A DNA stretch of 64,000 bases from NCBI GenBank assembly GCA_040954595.2, contig CM082593.2, positions 11,111,477 through 11,175,476 on the forward strand, written 5' to 3'. Below the pieces are notes generated by a model. The model was not told the origin of the DNA and searched no databases. It was given only the letters and a program-made list of their open reading frames with translations. The stretch comes from Balanoglossus misakiensis. Its lineage: Eukaryota > Animalia > Hemichordata. Of the stretch, positions 1 to 13,000 are shown piece by piece (positions within the stretch are counted from its first letter, which is position 1; the number at the start of each line of letters is the position of its first letter). A program made the translations under genes and the position numbers.

Positions 1-422
1 GCATGCAAAATAAAATAATACTGTACCGGGGGTGAGCCTACTTTCTTTCCATACAGATACACGTATATGTTGGTTAAGGTATGTGACAAACAGTTTTCAT
101 GTAACAGCCAGTGATGCTGACCATAAAACCAGCGCAGCTGATGCTTTCATCTACAATTTGCAACATGGACGTTTGTGTCTCTGCATGTGTCGTGCATGTT
201 ACTGCTGAACAAAAAAGATATGCGGGCACCACAGGCTGGCGAAAGCGGTGCTCACGTGCTCTGCAAGCTGATGTTGTCACTAAATTGGCAAAGTATTGTA
301 CACATGGAGGAGTTTCTTGAGCTGTCTGTTGTATAAATGTCGGTTGTGAGTACATTATTTTTTATTTTATTTTAATAATTTTCAAAGCCCCTATGATTGA
401 AGCATATTATTACGACTCATCC

Positions 423-512
423 GTTCATCATTCATTCATTCATTCATTCATTCATTCATTCATTCATTCATTCATTCATTCATTCATTCATTCATTCATC
501 CATTCAGTCAGT
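423..512 (+). repeat. (TCAT)n microsatellite, probably inside a Helentron-associated/DINE-like element starting near 380
   Basis: About 18 TTCA units follow ttttcaaagcccctatgattgaagc...; family assignment is inference from the layout. Confidence 0.8.
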
Positions 513-896
513 CACTGTACCAATTGAAGACGCCCTTGTATAGGAGAATTTAGCTATGTACTGACTGTCTTTTCATTTTTTCTTCATCCTATAGAATCTA
601 CCGACCTGGTCGCTGTCAATAACAATTCAACTCCTTAAACATCCTGTGTGTGTGAAGTCTATGAACACTGGCCATGCATTTCAATTCAAGGACAAAATGA
701 ATGCGCAATATTTCGTTTTATCGAGAGTAATGTGCAGTGATTAAATTTGCTAGGGCTCTCTTAGCAGATTTGGAGTTAGTCATTTTGGTAGAAACTTTTC
801 GAGATGGGAAATCTTTGGTCATCTAACCAAGTTATTTGTATTTTTGTTATATAAGACAGAGTCATTTCTATATCATAGATGCAAGTTTAATTTATA

Positions 897-972
897 ACAT
901 GAATTTGAATAAAATATTTTTTTTAAATATCACCACATGAATTTGAATAAAATATTTTTTTTAAATATCACC
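897..972. repeat. 38-bp exact tandem duplication
   Basis: acatgaatttgaataaaatattttttttaaatatcacc occurs twice in tandem. Confidence 0.9.
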
Positions 973-3004
973 AGATTGAAATCTTTGGAAGTTTGCACTT
1001 AGAGGGATGGCATGGCAGTTTTCCACTGTTCATATTACAAAGAATTTGGCGTCACGTGTAGATTTCATGAGTGTTCGAGTTTTGCTCTTCCCAGCCTCGT
1101 ACCCACAATCCTCTGATACTTACACTTACGTCAGTTCTATAACCGCTGACCCACTAGATTCTCCTTATGAATTGCCCAAATTATTTTTTGGTATAGTTTT
1201 GATAGTTAGTGCACGGAAACTTTTGATCGATTCACGAAATTCAAAATATGTTACATCACAAACCTCATAAAAAGGAGGCTAGAGTAGCCTGTTTGTTTTC
1301 AGGTAATTTTACAATTACCTCAATTACCTTTTTTGGAGGGAGGGGGTTAAGAAAACATACAGATTGAAATAACAAGGAAGTGGTATATCAAACCGAAACC
1401 TTATCTCAATCGTGATTCTAGAGTGTTTCCATGTCATGTGACATCCACAAAAATGTGGTATTATCTTGAAAAGAGTCCCGATTTCCCAAACTGGTTTTGC
1501 GAATGTACTTCACTTTGGAGCAATGCATGAGTACATTCGTAGAAAGATATTGCTCCACTATTTACTGACACTCCTCTTGTACTGCAAATATTACTGCATT
1601 CTGTCAGGGCAAGACAAAAGACACAGCAGAACTGCCAGAATTAAAACAGACAACTGGCAATTTCAATAAAACATGTAATAACAAATATATGTAACATTGA
1701 ATGAGGTGTCCATACAGCTTGGTCATTTAAAGACCTCCAGTCATTGTGACAATGCATAAATATTTATGTACACCATATTAAAAATTAGTTCAGGCATACC
1801 TTATACATGTATGTTTTTGACTGACCATATCCTCAGCACGCCCTTTTTTTCAAAAAGACTATCATTATTCTCTGCCAGGCAGAGAGTTGCCGCTTTCTTG
1901 TTAACAATAATATACTATTATAACATTGCATAGATTCCTGTTTGTTTCTGTCCATATCTCACAAACTGTGGTGTGCATACTGTTGAAATGACCTCAAGAA
2001 GAAAATGCCAAATGGAAAAATATTTGACATACTAACCTGTATGATAATGTTATACGGTACAATATATTTAACGGTTCCAATCCAATGTTGAGAACTAACA
2101 AAACAATTTGAGCAGAATTCATTTAAAATTAATTGCAGTTCCGTTTCACCGCATTTCATAGGATGCTGGCTAAAATTCATACTATGGTGGATTACCTGTT
2201 ATGCATTTCTTTCCCTATTTCGTCTGGCAGATTTGAGTTTGACAAGCTGTCATTTTCCTTTCAGCTCCGCAAAATTGATGGATTTACTTTGACAGCACAC
2301 AGACTGTCCATTTGTCATCGGAGATACAAGCAGCATCAGTTGCTGAACAGCTTGCAGCAGTGTTGGAAAAGAGTACACAACACTAACTTGCAAGAGTGCT
2401 TTGGCCCTTTCTTCACACTGTCCGAAACTTGTTGTGTTACATCATTGCTTAATGAATAAGAAATACACAGGTATTTAGCGTTCTATTCAATACCTACAAT
2501 AGATAAAAGGGTGTCGGTCTGTATGCGACAATCTTCAATGTTCTTATGAGCACAAGGCTTTATTCAGGGAACGTTTTACAGTAAGAATTATATGATATAA
2601 ACTGAATAAGTTTGTTGTCTGTCAACTCTTCTGTCTTTGTCTTACCGATACGGTTCTAACCGCAAACACTGAGGCTTCTCTGCTCGTACACAGTATAAAT
2701 CAATGGATGATAAAATGCGCCCTCTTTTGGTGAACTCTTCCTACCGCCCGACCTTCTACCTTACATTAAGGCATGTAGGGCGGTCAGGTAGATGGCAGTG
2801 TATTGCAAGCGTCTCTTGCATATTTTTTTCCGCCAGGAATGGCATACATTCGTTTTTGGCGACACCACAACTGCTGGAACTTCTCGAAAAATTGAGAGCC
2901 GGATTTCATAAATGCTCATGTTTTCCGAAGGGCTGAAAGAAGATCCAGAGTGGAATATTTAAATTTGCCTGTGGCAGACATCATAGTGGCTGCCAGTTAT
3001 TCTA

Positions 3005-3190
3005 TTTCTTGTGCAAGAGATAGTATCTTGTTCCAGCGAGATGTTTTCTCGTGTGCACGAGAAACATGCTATCTCGTGCATATCTCGTGCGCACGAGAAA
3101 ATTGCGAGCGCACTCGTGTTCACGAGAAAATATCACATGAACACGTAAGTCGTGCGCACGAGATAAAAAAATGTGCCCTGTAGTCTTTCT
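3005..3190. mobile_element. MITE-like fragment built of palindromic CTCGTGCGCACGAG subrepeats
   Basis: Five or more variants of tctcgtg(c/t)gcacgaga within 180 bp. Confidence 0.55.
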
Positions 3191-3700
3191 TAGGACATGG
3201 TAGCGTGACGTCGCATTGTAATTAACGGACGATCTTGGAAATTCGGCTATTAATGGTGAATGGACTTTCGCCTCCTTCGAACAACAACAGAGACTGACGT
3301 CGCAACAATGACAGAAAAAGTGAAGCAAATGGCCGACAAAACGAAGAGAATCGGAAAACGGGCAGGATCCTCGGCACAGACATCTGGGAATAATACCACC
3401 ACATCAAATAGAACGACGAGTAGTGCAGGACAAACCGCCACCAGTGACTATGACAACAAGTCTGAAGGCGATGCTGGCGAACCCTTGCACAATACAACTA
3501 CAGTCCTACAGAGAAATGCAGCCCAGCGCCACTCAAGATTTTCCATTCCTGGTCTGGCAGCAGCCAAAATATGTTGTTGTTTTTTCTCTTAGAAGCGACC
3601 TCAGTCTGAGCTGCATGAGAATAAACTGTAGGTTGGGAATACAACAAAAAAAACACGCAGTCGCTGCGAGTAGTATAGGTTGGAGCCGTAGCACTCTCAT

Positions 3701-4200
3701 TTGGGGAGGAGGAGCTGAGGAGGAGCTGAGGAGGAGCTGAGGAGGAGGCGGAGGAGCTGAGGAGGAGCTGAGGAGGAGCTGAGGAGGAGGCGGAGGAGGA
3801 GGAGCTGAGGAGGAGGCGGAGGAGCTGAGGAGGAGGAGCTGAGGAGGAGGCGGAGGAGCTGAGGAGGAGCTGAGGAGGAGCTGAGGAGGAGCTGAGGAGG
3901 AGGCGGAGGAGGAGGAGCTGAGGAGGAGGCGGAGGAGGAGGAGGAGGAGGAGGAGGAGGAGGAGGAGGAGCTGAGGAGGAGGAGCTGAGGAGGAGGAGCT
4001 GAGGAGGAGGAGCTGAGGAGGAGGAGCTGAGGAGCTGAGGAGGAGGAGGAGGAGGAGGAGGAGCCGTAGCACTCGGATTTGGGGAGGAGGAGGAGCTGAG
4101 GAGGAGGAGCTGAGGAGGAGGAGCTGAGGAGGAAGAGGAGGAAGTGGAGGTGATGTTGGGAGGAGGCAGAGGAGGCAGTGGAGGTGATGTTGGGAGGAGG
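3701..4200 (+). repeat. GA-rich (GAG)n/GAGGAGCT simple repeat in the subterminal part of the left arm
   Basis: Directly visible. The motif gagccgtagcactc..atttgggga occurs at about 3683 and 4061. Confidence 0.95.
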
Positions 4201-4369
4201 TGATGAGAGGCGAAGAAGGCCTATCACCCATCACCAAGTTCGATTGTGACCCGAGTAGCGACCCGAGTAGCTGCCGCTGACGTCATCCCATTCTAGTTCG
4301 CATGCGCATAAGCGTAACCCGGGAGATTTCAAACGAACGATACTAGCGTAGCAACCCATGTAAACAAAT

Positions 4370-6025
4370 ATGGCGACTGAGTTCGAAGATTTCTTGTTTT
4401 TGCGTACTTTTTTTGAGGATTTTGATGAATCTTTAGATTCTGCGGCAGTTTGGCAACTCCGAATAAATACTGCCATCATTGCCTCTCTGAGCTGTTTATT
4501 TTTGCGCCGAAAATACGTCCCGAAGATACAAAATTTTGCCGAAGATATCGTACCTCAGTATTCTTTGCAAGATTTTTGCATCCATTTCCGTATTTGCAAA
4601 GATATCTTCACGTTTGTTCTGGGGCGCATCGCCCACAAACTGGCAATAGAACAATGCGGTGGCCGCCCTCAAGTGCCTCCAGAAAAACAACTATTGGTAT
4701 GGATTTGGTACATGGTAAACCAGGAATCCATCAGAGAAGTTGGTCACATTTTCAATCTCTCCAAATCCACAGTCCATTCAACAGTAAAGCGTGTCACAAA
4801 AGCTATCATTGCTGTGATGAAAGATGTAAGTACATTGTAAAGTACATTTTCTAGATTATCTTCATGGATTATTTTTGAATACAAATATATTTTTACATTT
4901 CAATAATATACAGTTGGTGATGCATAATTTCAAGCTCTGTTTAATTATTGCTATCAAAGAACATATTAAAGGGGACAGTTAAAAATTATCCTTTAGCATT
5001 TTCTTTTAGTATTATGGTTCTCTGTGTCAACATTTTTTTTTCTACTGCACTCTGTATAGCAAGCTGAAATGTCCAATATTATGTTTGTCATAATTGTAGG
5101 TATGTGTAAAAATTATTGTTGACTAATGACTTATCAATATTTGTAGGTTATCAGGTGGCCAACACAAGAGCGACAGAGGGAGATTTCACAGAGTTTTCAG
5201 CTTGATTGTGGTTTACCAGGTATAGTGGGCATTATTGATGGCACTCACATTAGACTGGCTGGTTGTATTGGTGGAGCTCAAGATTATATCAATAGGAAAG
5301 GTTATCCATCCATGCAACTTCAGGTAAGAAAATTCATTTTTTAATTTTATAGAGAAAAATTTATATCTTCCATCATGACATGTGTCATTCTTGAATTTAA
5401 AAAATAAAACCTGTTGAAATGTTGGTTAGTCTCTGCCATTGAGAATTTTATCAAGTTACATAAATGTAGGAGATTCTTGACAAAAAGTGTCCTTTTTTTT
5501 CAGGTCATTGTTGATGATAATCTATTAATCACCAATGCATACACTGGATGGCCTGGTTGTACACACGATGCCCGTGTCCTTCGAAATTCTTCCCTGTACA
5601 CAAGACTGGAGACTAATGAAGTAACTATGGGTCCTGGGAGATACATCATTGGTGATTCTGCATACCCTTTGAGAGAATGGCTTATCACTCCCTTCAGAGA
5701 CAATGGATTTTTAACCATTCAGCAGCGCAGGTTCAATCGCGTCTTTTCATCCTGCCGTCAAAATGTTGAACGATCAATTGGGCATTTAAAGGGTCGTGTT
5801 AGGAGGCTCAGAGAATTGCCTATGCATAGTCCTGAAGATGTGTGTGAGACTATAATTTCTGGCTGTATTCTTCACAATCTACGTATTATCCATCATGATG
5901 ATGTGGAAAACTATATTGATTTAGATCCACAGCATATTGATGATCCAAACCAATATCCAAATGTTCATGTGAATGCACCTGGGGGTATTGCCAGAAGACA
6001 GCAACTCATGAATCATTTACATTAA
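4370..6025 (+). CDS. PIF/Harbinger DDE transposase (HARBI1-like nuclease), 3 exons 4370-4825, 5147-5323, 5504-6025, 384 aa, intact
   Basis: GT-AG phase-0 introns. The spliced product has an HTH region (ESIREVGHIFNLSKSTVHSTV) and the motifs VIRWP, GIIDGTHI, DYINRKGY, GWPGCTHDARV, IGDSAYPL, RQNVERSIGHLKGR and CILHNL typical of Harbinger transposases. Confidence 0.95.
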
Positions 6026-6976
6026 GAGTGTCAACATCATTAGGTATCTTAATGGATTGCCTTTCACACATGAAAATGAAACCTTTTTCTTGATTTAGTT
6101 ATAAAAATAAGTTATGCACTGGGATAAATGTTTTTTTATCATCTTGTTATGCATATTGTGTATTTGAAGTGTTAAGTGTGACTCTGGACATGAAATATTT
6201 ATTGATTAAAATATATATGGTTAAGTCGACACTGAAGGATTCAAAGCCTGACTTTCTATTGCTGGTAACATTTTAAATGTACAATCTTACCTGGATAAAA
6301 AAAAAACACACTTTATGTTTGTATATGATATAATAATTTATTGTAAAGGTTCAAATGTTTTTTAAAGATAAAGAATTCACTTTTATCCATCAATAATAAT
6401 AATAGAATAAATATTATAGACAATAAATACATTCATAAGTTATGCAATAATTACTTAATAAATAAAGAGTATCAATATATTAACTATAAACATTGAAAAT
6501 GACTTTGCATTTTTACGTTTGTTTTTCATAAGTTATGATGTAATAATTTCTAGTAATAAATAAAAAGTATCACATATTATTAACTATAAACATTGGTAAT
6601 GACTTTTGAATTTTTACATTTGTTTTTAAAGTTCAACGTCTTCATACATATAATACATACATACCATACATACATAAATGCCAACAGCAATGCTAATAAA
6701 TTATTTGAGATTTTCAAAATATTTTTTAAGGTTATCATGTGTACATGGAATAATTCTGATTAAAAATTGAGTTTGTCAAATAAAAAAAAAAATCATCACG
6801 AACATGTAGTATGAACATATAACACTCCAATAAAATTTTAACAATTGTCCAGAAATTCAGATACTTCTACAACTATAACAGTATCAATGAAAACGTTTAG
6901 TAACAATTAACTTTATGAAATATTTCATTTAGATAAAACATTTTTGAATTTTGTCAAATTTATTATACGGTAATCT

Positions 6977-7843
6977 TTAGTTCTTATTGACAGACTGCTC
7001 GTATAAATCCAACATTCTATCCATTCTTCTCATTTTCTCTGTATGTTGTTTTTCCATCATCCCAAACAAATCATCATTTTTATTTTCCATTTGTGTAATT
7101 GCAGCCATCAATTTATCTTGTGGGGATACTCTGTCGGATATTTTGTTTCTTTTTCTGTGTGTACGTGGTGTTGCATGTGTGTCAGATGTGCTTGGTGTTG
7201 CATGTGTGTCAGATGTGCTTGGTGTTGCATGTGTGTCAGATGTGCTTGGTGTTATCTCTGTAGGTTCTGTAGTTGTCATTTCTGTTGTTGTTTCTGTCAC
7301 TGTGTCTGTGTTATTTTTACTTTTGTCGGTCGTCAAATCAAGCGAATCCATCGTACATGTGGGCTGTGTCGATTCCTTCATCCCATATAAATTATCAAAC
7401 TCATTGAAATGTCGACATGTTTTCCTTTCTGCTCCAGTTTTCTTTCGGTTATCAATCACTTCCATATAATTTTTTTTAAATTTTTCCATTTATCCCTTGC
7501 CTGTGTGACAGACACAGAAACCCCCGCCTCTCCCTTTTAGACACAATGGACTGCCACAACTTCTCATGTCTAACACTAGTTTTAAATAAATCTTCCATGT
7601 CAGACCTCAACACTACAAGTAAATTTTCTTCTCTATCATTCCAAATGTGAATTCTAGCTACGTTTTCTGTGCTGTGTGATGTTGTTCCTGCTTTACTTCG
7701 TTCATGTGGTTGCTGAGTGTTTGTGTTCTTTTCACCTTGTCCTTGACTGCTTTGGTTCTGGTCGAGGTCTTGTACCTTTTCCTTTTGTTTTCCGTTGTGT
7801 GCTGCAATAGCTTGTGAAATGATAGCTTGTTTGATGTTAGAGT
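6977..7843 (-). pseudogene. Harbinger Myb/SANT-like (trihelix) DNA-binding gene, last exon only, two frameshifts
   Basis: Acceptor ttaacag precedes 7843. Reads WNDREENLLVVLRSDMEDLF...HEKLWQSIVSK / GEAGVSVSVTQARDKWKNLKK / NYMEVIDNRKKTGAERKTCRHFNEFDNLYG across three frames. Convergent with the transposase, with a C-terminal coiled-coil-like tail and a 27-bp x3 repeat (TPSTSDTHA). Confidence 0.85.
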
Positions 7844-8091
7844 CTGTTAAATATAAGAATGGGTATAGTCAAGACAAGTTTATTTCTATTTGCTCACCAA
7901 AACATGATTCTATCAGATTAATTACTGTTGAACTTGAATCCTTAGTACATAAAACCAAAAATGAAATTATTTAATTATAGTTCAGCTTTGTAGAGATATT
8001 TAGACATTTTACCACTTTTAGATGACCAACACAGAAAATATTTGTTTATAAACATAAGTGACGTGAGCGGACAATGCCTTAGACACACAGT

Positions 8092-8133
8092 CCCTAACCC
8101 TAACCCTAACCCCTAACCCTAACCCTAAGCCTA
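8092..8133 (-). repeat. Interstitial telomere-like (CCCTAA)n tract
   Basis: About 7 CCCTAA units, mirrored as TTAGGG at 11844-11885. Confidence 0.9.
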
Positions 8134-8149
8134 AAAGTGCATATAAATT

Positions 8150-9778
8150 GACGTAGGGGGGGGGGGTAAATTAGTCTTGTAAAATACTGTCTCTCTGAAT
8201 GTATACCTAGAACAACAGGGAAGTATTTGGTATCAAAAGAAAGCTTAATAAACAAGCTTTCCATTAATTACAAAATTAAAGTGATATGACAAATCATGAC
8301 ATCATAGTGACGTCATAAGTCAAAATACCCTTACGAAAATGATGTTCTGTTCACCTATAATTTGTATAAATGTGAGGTTTTGCAAAACACGTCTCTGAGC
8401 AATTGTACTGATGAAAACTGTGATGTGTTTGGTATCAACAGAAAGCTGATTGAGTAAAGTATCTAATTATTGCAAAATATTGATATAATAATCAATTACG
8501 TCATCATTACGTCATACTTCCAAGTACCCTTACCAATTAGTGACTATGATGACAAGTTATTACCCTAGGAGATAGGTGCCTTTAAAAAAAAAAAATTGGT
8601 AAGGAAGGTTTGTGAAGTCCATTCTATGTAAAAAATGGTGCTGATTCCAAAAAAGGCAGTCTTATTGACCCCACCCAAGACAAAATTGCCATTTTGGCAC
8701 TTTTTAACCCAAAAAAGGTCATTTTTAGAAAACACTAAAAACACACTGTTTTCGTCACATTCGAAGATCTGATGACATATGATATGCCTATTCTATGTAA
8801 AATTTGGTTGATATTACGAAAAAGGCAGTCTAACTGACCCCACCCAAGACAAAATTGCCGTTTTGGCACTTTTTAACCCAAAAAACGTCATTTTTAGACA
8901 AAACTGAAAACACACTCTTCTCTTCATATTGATTGATTTGATGATATATGGAAAGTCAATTCTATGTGTAAAATGGTGACTATAAAACATAAAGCAGTCT
9001 TTTTGACCCCAATCAATACAAAAATGCCATTTTTGGCCATATTTTTGAGGTCAAATAAGGTCATTTTTACAAAAAAAAACTAAAAACAAACTGTTTTCTT
9101 CATATTCAGAGATCTGATTATGTATGAAAAGTCCATTCTGTGTATAAAAAATCTGATTGACCCCATTCTAGTCAAATGTGCCATTTTTGCCACTTTTTGC
9201 CCCAAAAATGTCATTTTTAGAAAACACTCAAAACTTATATATTTTCTTCACTTTCGGAGATCTGATAATGTATTGTATACCCACCTTGTGTAAAATTTGG
9301 TAGGTATTCAAAAAAGTAGGTTTATTGGCGCCACTCAAGATTAAAGTGCGTTTTTTGGCAAGTTTTTGCCCAAAAAGGCCATTTTAAGAAATAAGCAAAC
9401 GTTTTTTTCTTTGTATTTGGAAATTTGATCATGTATGAAAAGTCCATTTATTGAAAAATTGCTGTTGACTCTAGAAAAAGCAATCTTATTGATCTCAATG
9501 AAGATGAAAATACTTTTTGCCCAAAAAGGGTCATTTTTAGAAAATACTAAAAACAAGCTATTTGTTTCCCTTTGGTGATCTAATAATAAATAAAAGTCCA
9601 TTCTATCTTAAAATTAGCGATTTTTCCAAAAAAGCACTCTTACTGACTCCACAGAGGGAAAAAATGCCATTTTGGCCACTTTGCTCAAAAAAGGTAACTG
9701 TTTGAAAACTTCTTTCTTTATTTTTCAGATCTTATGATGTACGGAGAAGGTCCATTTTTGTTGAATGGGAGCCGATTC

Positions 9779-9827
<49 letters not shown>

Positions 9828-11825
9828 TTCAGCCCTACAAAATTGTCATTTTGGCCATTTTTGGTCAAAAAGGTCATTTCAAGAAAAAATGAAAAACAAG
9901 CTGTTTTCTTCGTATTTAAATGTTTGATTATGAATGGAAAGTCCATTTTTTGCAAAAAATATGCTGATACCAACGCAACAGTCTTATTAAGACCCCACTC
10001 AATACAAAATTGCCACTAAGCCATCTTCTAGTCAACAATTGTCTTTTTTCAGAAAACAAAATAATTGGTGTTTTTTGCCTTTTGAGTTTTGATGTTATAT
10101 TTGCATATTTAAAATGTCATACCATATGATATCAGTTGAATTGATGATATTGAAAGGCAGAGTTGCCACAATTTGGCACATTTAGCCCAAAATGGAACTC
10201 AACAATAAAACGAGACGATCCATGTATTGACACTGTATACTATAAGTCGGTTATACATGGTATAAATTTTTTATGTACATCTATACCAGCTCCGGATAGA
10301 TTTTTGACATTTATCCTCTTCGTTCTGAATACAAAATCAGAAATTATATTATATCATGATACCTCCGTCATTTTGATTGGACACGGGTGCAATCCCACGA
10401 TGCTAAATACTCAATAGAGCTAAAACTGGCCCCTGAACTAGCACACAACGGGAAAATGTGGGTTTAAACCTAATAATTATAATAAAAACTCTTAAATTCC
10501 TTGACGTTTCAATTTGGAGATGCTCTAAGTGAATATTTGGGACTTTGCCATGTGCAGTGCCTGTCTTTTTGTCGCCTGTATCATGTTTAATGCTTGGTCC
10601 TGGGCGACGTGTTTAGATTCATCGATGCGACTTTGGTTCAATTCGTATAACTTCTTTTACTGTCGTTGCTGTGTCATCATCATTATGAGTTCAATTTGGG
10701 CTATCTCCAAATGCAAACATTTTTTTCTCTAGAAAATGTTTAAAATGATAAATTTGTCTTAAATAGGTCTTTTTAGGCAATAAATTACCAAAAACGCAAT
10801 TTTGACTAGAATGGGGTCAATCAGATTTTTTATACACAGAATGAACTTTTCATACATAATCAGATCTCTGAATATGAAGAAAACAGTTTGTTTTTAGTTT
10901 TTTTTTGTAAAAATGACCTTATTTGACCTCAAAAATATGGCCAAAAATGGCATTTTTGTATTGATTGGGGTCAAAAAGACTGCTTTATGTTTTATAGTCA
11001 CCATTTTACACATATAATTGACTGTCCATATATCATCAAATCAATCAATATGAAGAGAAGAGTGTGTTTTCAGTTTTGTCTAAAAATGACGTTTTTTGGG
11101 TTAAAAAGTGCCAAAACGGCAATTTTGTCTTGGGTGGGGTCAGTTAGACTGCCTTTTTCGTAATATCAACCAAATTTTACATAGAATAGGCATATCATAT
11201 GTCATCAGATCTTCGAATGTGACGAAAACAGTGTGTTTTTAGTGTTTTCTAAAAATGACCTTTTTTGGGTTAAAAAGTGCCAAAATGGCAATTTTGTCTT
11301 GGGTGGGGTCAATAAGACTGCCTTTTTTGGAATCAGCACCATTTTTTACATAGAATGGACTTCACAAACCTTCCTTACCAATTTTGTTTTTTTAAAGACA
11401 CCTATCTCCTAGGGTAATAACTTGTCATCATAGTCACTAATTGGTAAGGGTACTTGGAAGTATGACGTAATGATGACGTAATTGATTATTATATCAATAT
11501 TTTGCAATAATTAGATACTTTACTCAATCAGCTTTCTGTTGATACCAAACACATCACAGTTTTCATCAGTACAATTGCTCAGAGACGTGTTTTGCAAAAC
11601 CTCACATTTATACAAATTATAGGTGAACAGAACATCATTTTCGTAAGGGTATTTTGACTTATGACGTCACTATGATGTCATGATTTGTCATATCACTTTA
11701 ATTTTGTAATTAATGGAAAGCTTGTTTATTAAGCTTTCTTTTGATACCAAATACTTCCCTGTTGTTCTAGGTATACATTCAGAGAGACAGTATTTTACAA
11801 GACTAATTTACCCCCCCCCCCTACG
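8150..11825. repeat. Central AT-rich repeat with G11/C11 boundaries and degenerate ~160-170-bp subrepeats; contains the 1.6-kb non-palindromic spacer 9177-10800
   Basis: aagtccattctatgtaaaa...cagtcttattgacccc...gccattttggc...gtcatttttagaaaa recurs about 9 times between 8600 and 10090. No coding signal. Confidence 0.7.
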
Positions 11826-11843
11826 TCAATTTATATGCACTTT

Positions 11844-11885
11844 TAGGCTTAGGGTTAGGGTTAGGGGTTAGGGTTAGGGTTAGGG
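11844..11885 (+). repeat. Interstitial telomere-like (TTAGGG)n tract
   Basis: Mirror of 8092-8133. Confidence 0.9.
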
Positions 11886-12133
11886 ACTGTGTGTCTAAGG
11901 CATTGTCCGCTCACGTCACTTATGTTTATAAACAAATATTTTCTGTGTTGGTCATCTAAAAGTGGTAAAATGTCTAAATATCACTACAAAGCTGAACTAT
12001 AATTAAATAATTTCATTTTTGGTTTTATGTACTAAGGATTCAAGTTCAACAGTAATTAATCTGATAGAATCATGTTTTGGTGAGCAAATAGAAATAAACT
12101 TGTCTTGACTATACCCATTCTTATATTTAACAG

Positions 12134-13000
12134 ACTCTAACATCAAACAAGCTATCATTTCACAAGCTATTGCAGCACACAACGGAAAACAAAAGGAAAA
12201 GGTACAAGACCTCGACCAGAACCAAAGCAGTCAAGGACAAGGTGAAAAGAACACAAACACTCAGCAACCACATGAACGAAGTAAAGCAGGAACAACATCA
12301 CACAGCACAGAAAACGTAGCTAGAATTCACATTTGGAATGATAGAGAAGAAAATTTACTTGTAGTGTTGAGGTCTGACATGGAAGATTTATTTAAAACTA
12401 GTGTTAGACATGAGAAGTTGTGGCAGTCCATTGTGTCTAAAAGGGAGAGGCGGGGGTTTCTGTGTCTGTCACACAGGCAAGGGATAAATGGAAAAATTTA
12501 AAAAAAATTATATGGAAGTGATTGATAACCGAAAGAAAACTGGAGCAGAAAGGAAAACATGTCGACATTTCAATGAGTTTGATAATTTATATGGGATGAA
12601 GGAATCGACACAGCCCACATGTACGATGGATTCGCTTGATTTGACGACCGACAAAAGTAAAAATAACACAGACACAGTGACAGAAACAACAACAGAAATG
12701 ACGACTACAGAACCTACAGAGATAACACCAAGCACATCTGACACACATGCAACACCAAGCACATCTGACACACATGCAACACCAAGCACATCTGACACAC
12801 ATGCAACACCACGTACACACAGAAAAAGAAACAAAATATCCGACAGAGTATCCCCACAAGATAAATTGATGGCTGCAATTACACAAATGGAAAATAAAAA
12901 TGATGATTTGTTTGGGATGATGGAAAAACAACATACAGAGAAAATGAGAAGAATGGATAGAATGTTGGATTTATACGAGCAGTCTGTCAATATGAACTAA
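12134..13000 (+). pseudogene. Second copy of the Harbinger Myb/SANT-like gene, same two frameshifts
   Basis: Mirror of 6977-7843, with frame breaks near 12440 and 12500. Confidence 0.85.

Noticed and set aside
74-2460. Possible minus-strand exons (about 75-345 and 2195-2450)
   Set aside because: Splice-like signals exist, but at 2195-2450 all three frames contain stops and no motif is recognisable in either stretch.
3260-3592. 110-aa ORF beside the insertion site
   Set aside because: Low-complexity Thr/Ser/Lys sequence with no recognisable domain or splice support.
3533-4237. Long Ser/Pro/Leu-rich ORFs (also 15737-16304)
   Set aside because: They are translations of the GAG/CTC simple repeat.
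4200-4260. Harbinger TIR and 3-bp TSD
   Set aside because: GGCCTATCACCC near 4218 is a candidate end, but its only partner is the palindrome mirror, so neither a TIR nor a TSD can be established.
6987-7469. Antisense and Cys-rich ORFs over the Myb exon (and their mirrors)
   Set aside because: They are shadow frames of the Thr-rich 27-bp repeat.
8092-8133. True chromosome end or telomere fusion at the palindrome centre
   Set aside because: The tracts are only about 40 bp, lie inside the arms about 1 kb from the symmetry break, and the element has discrete outer ends with a direct repeat.
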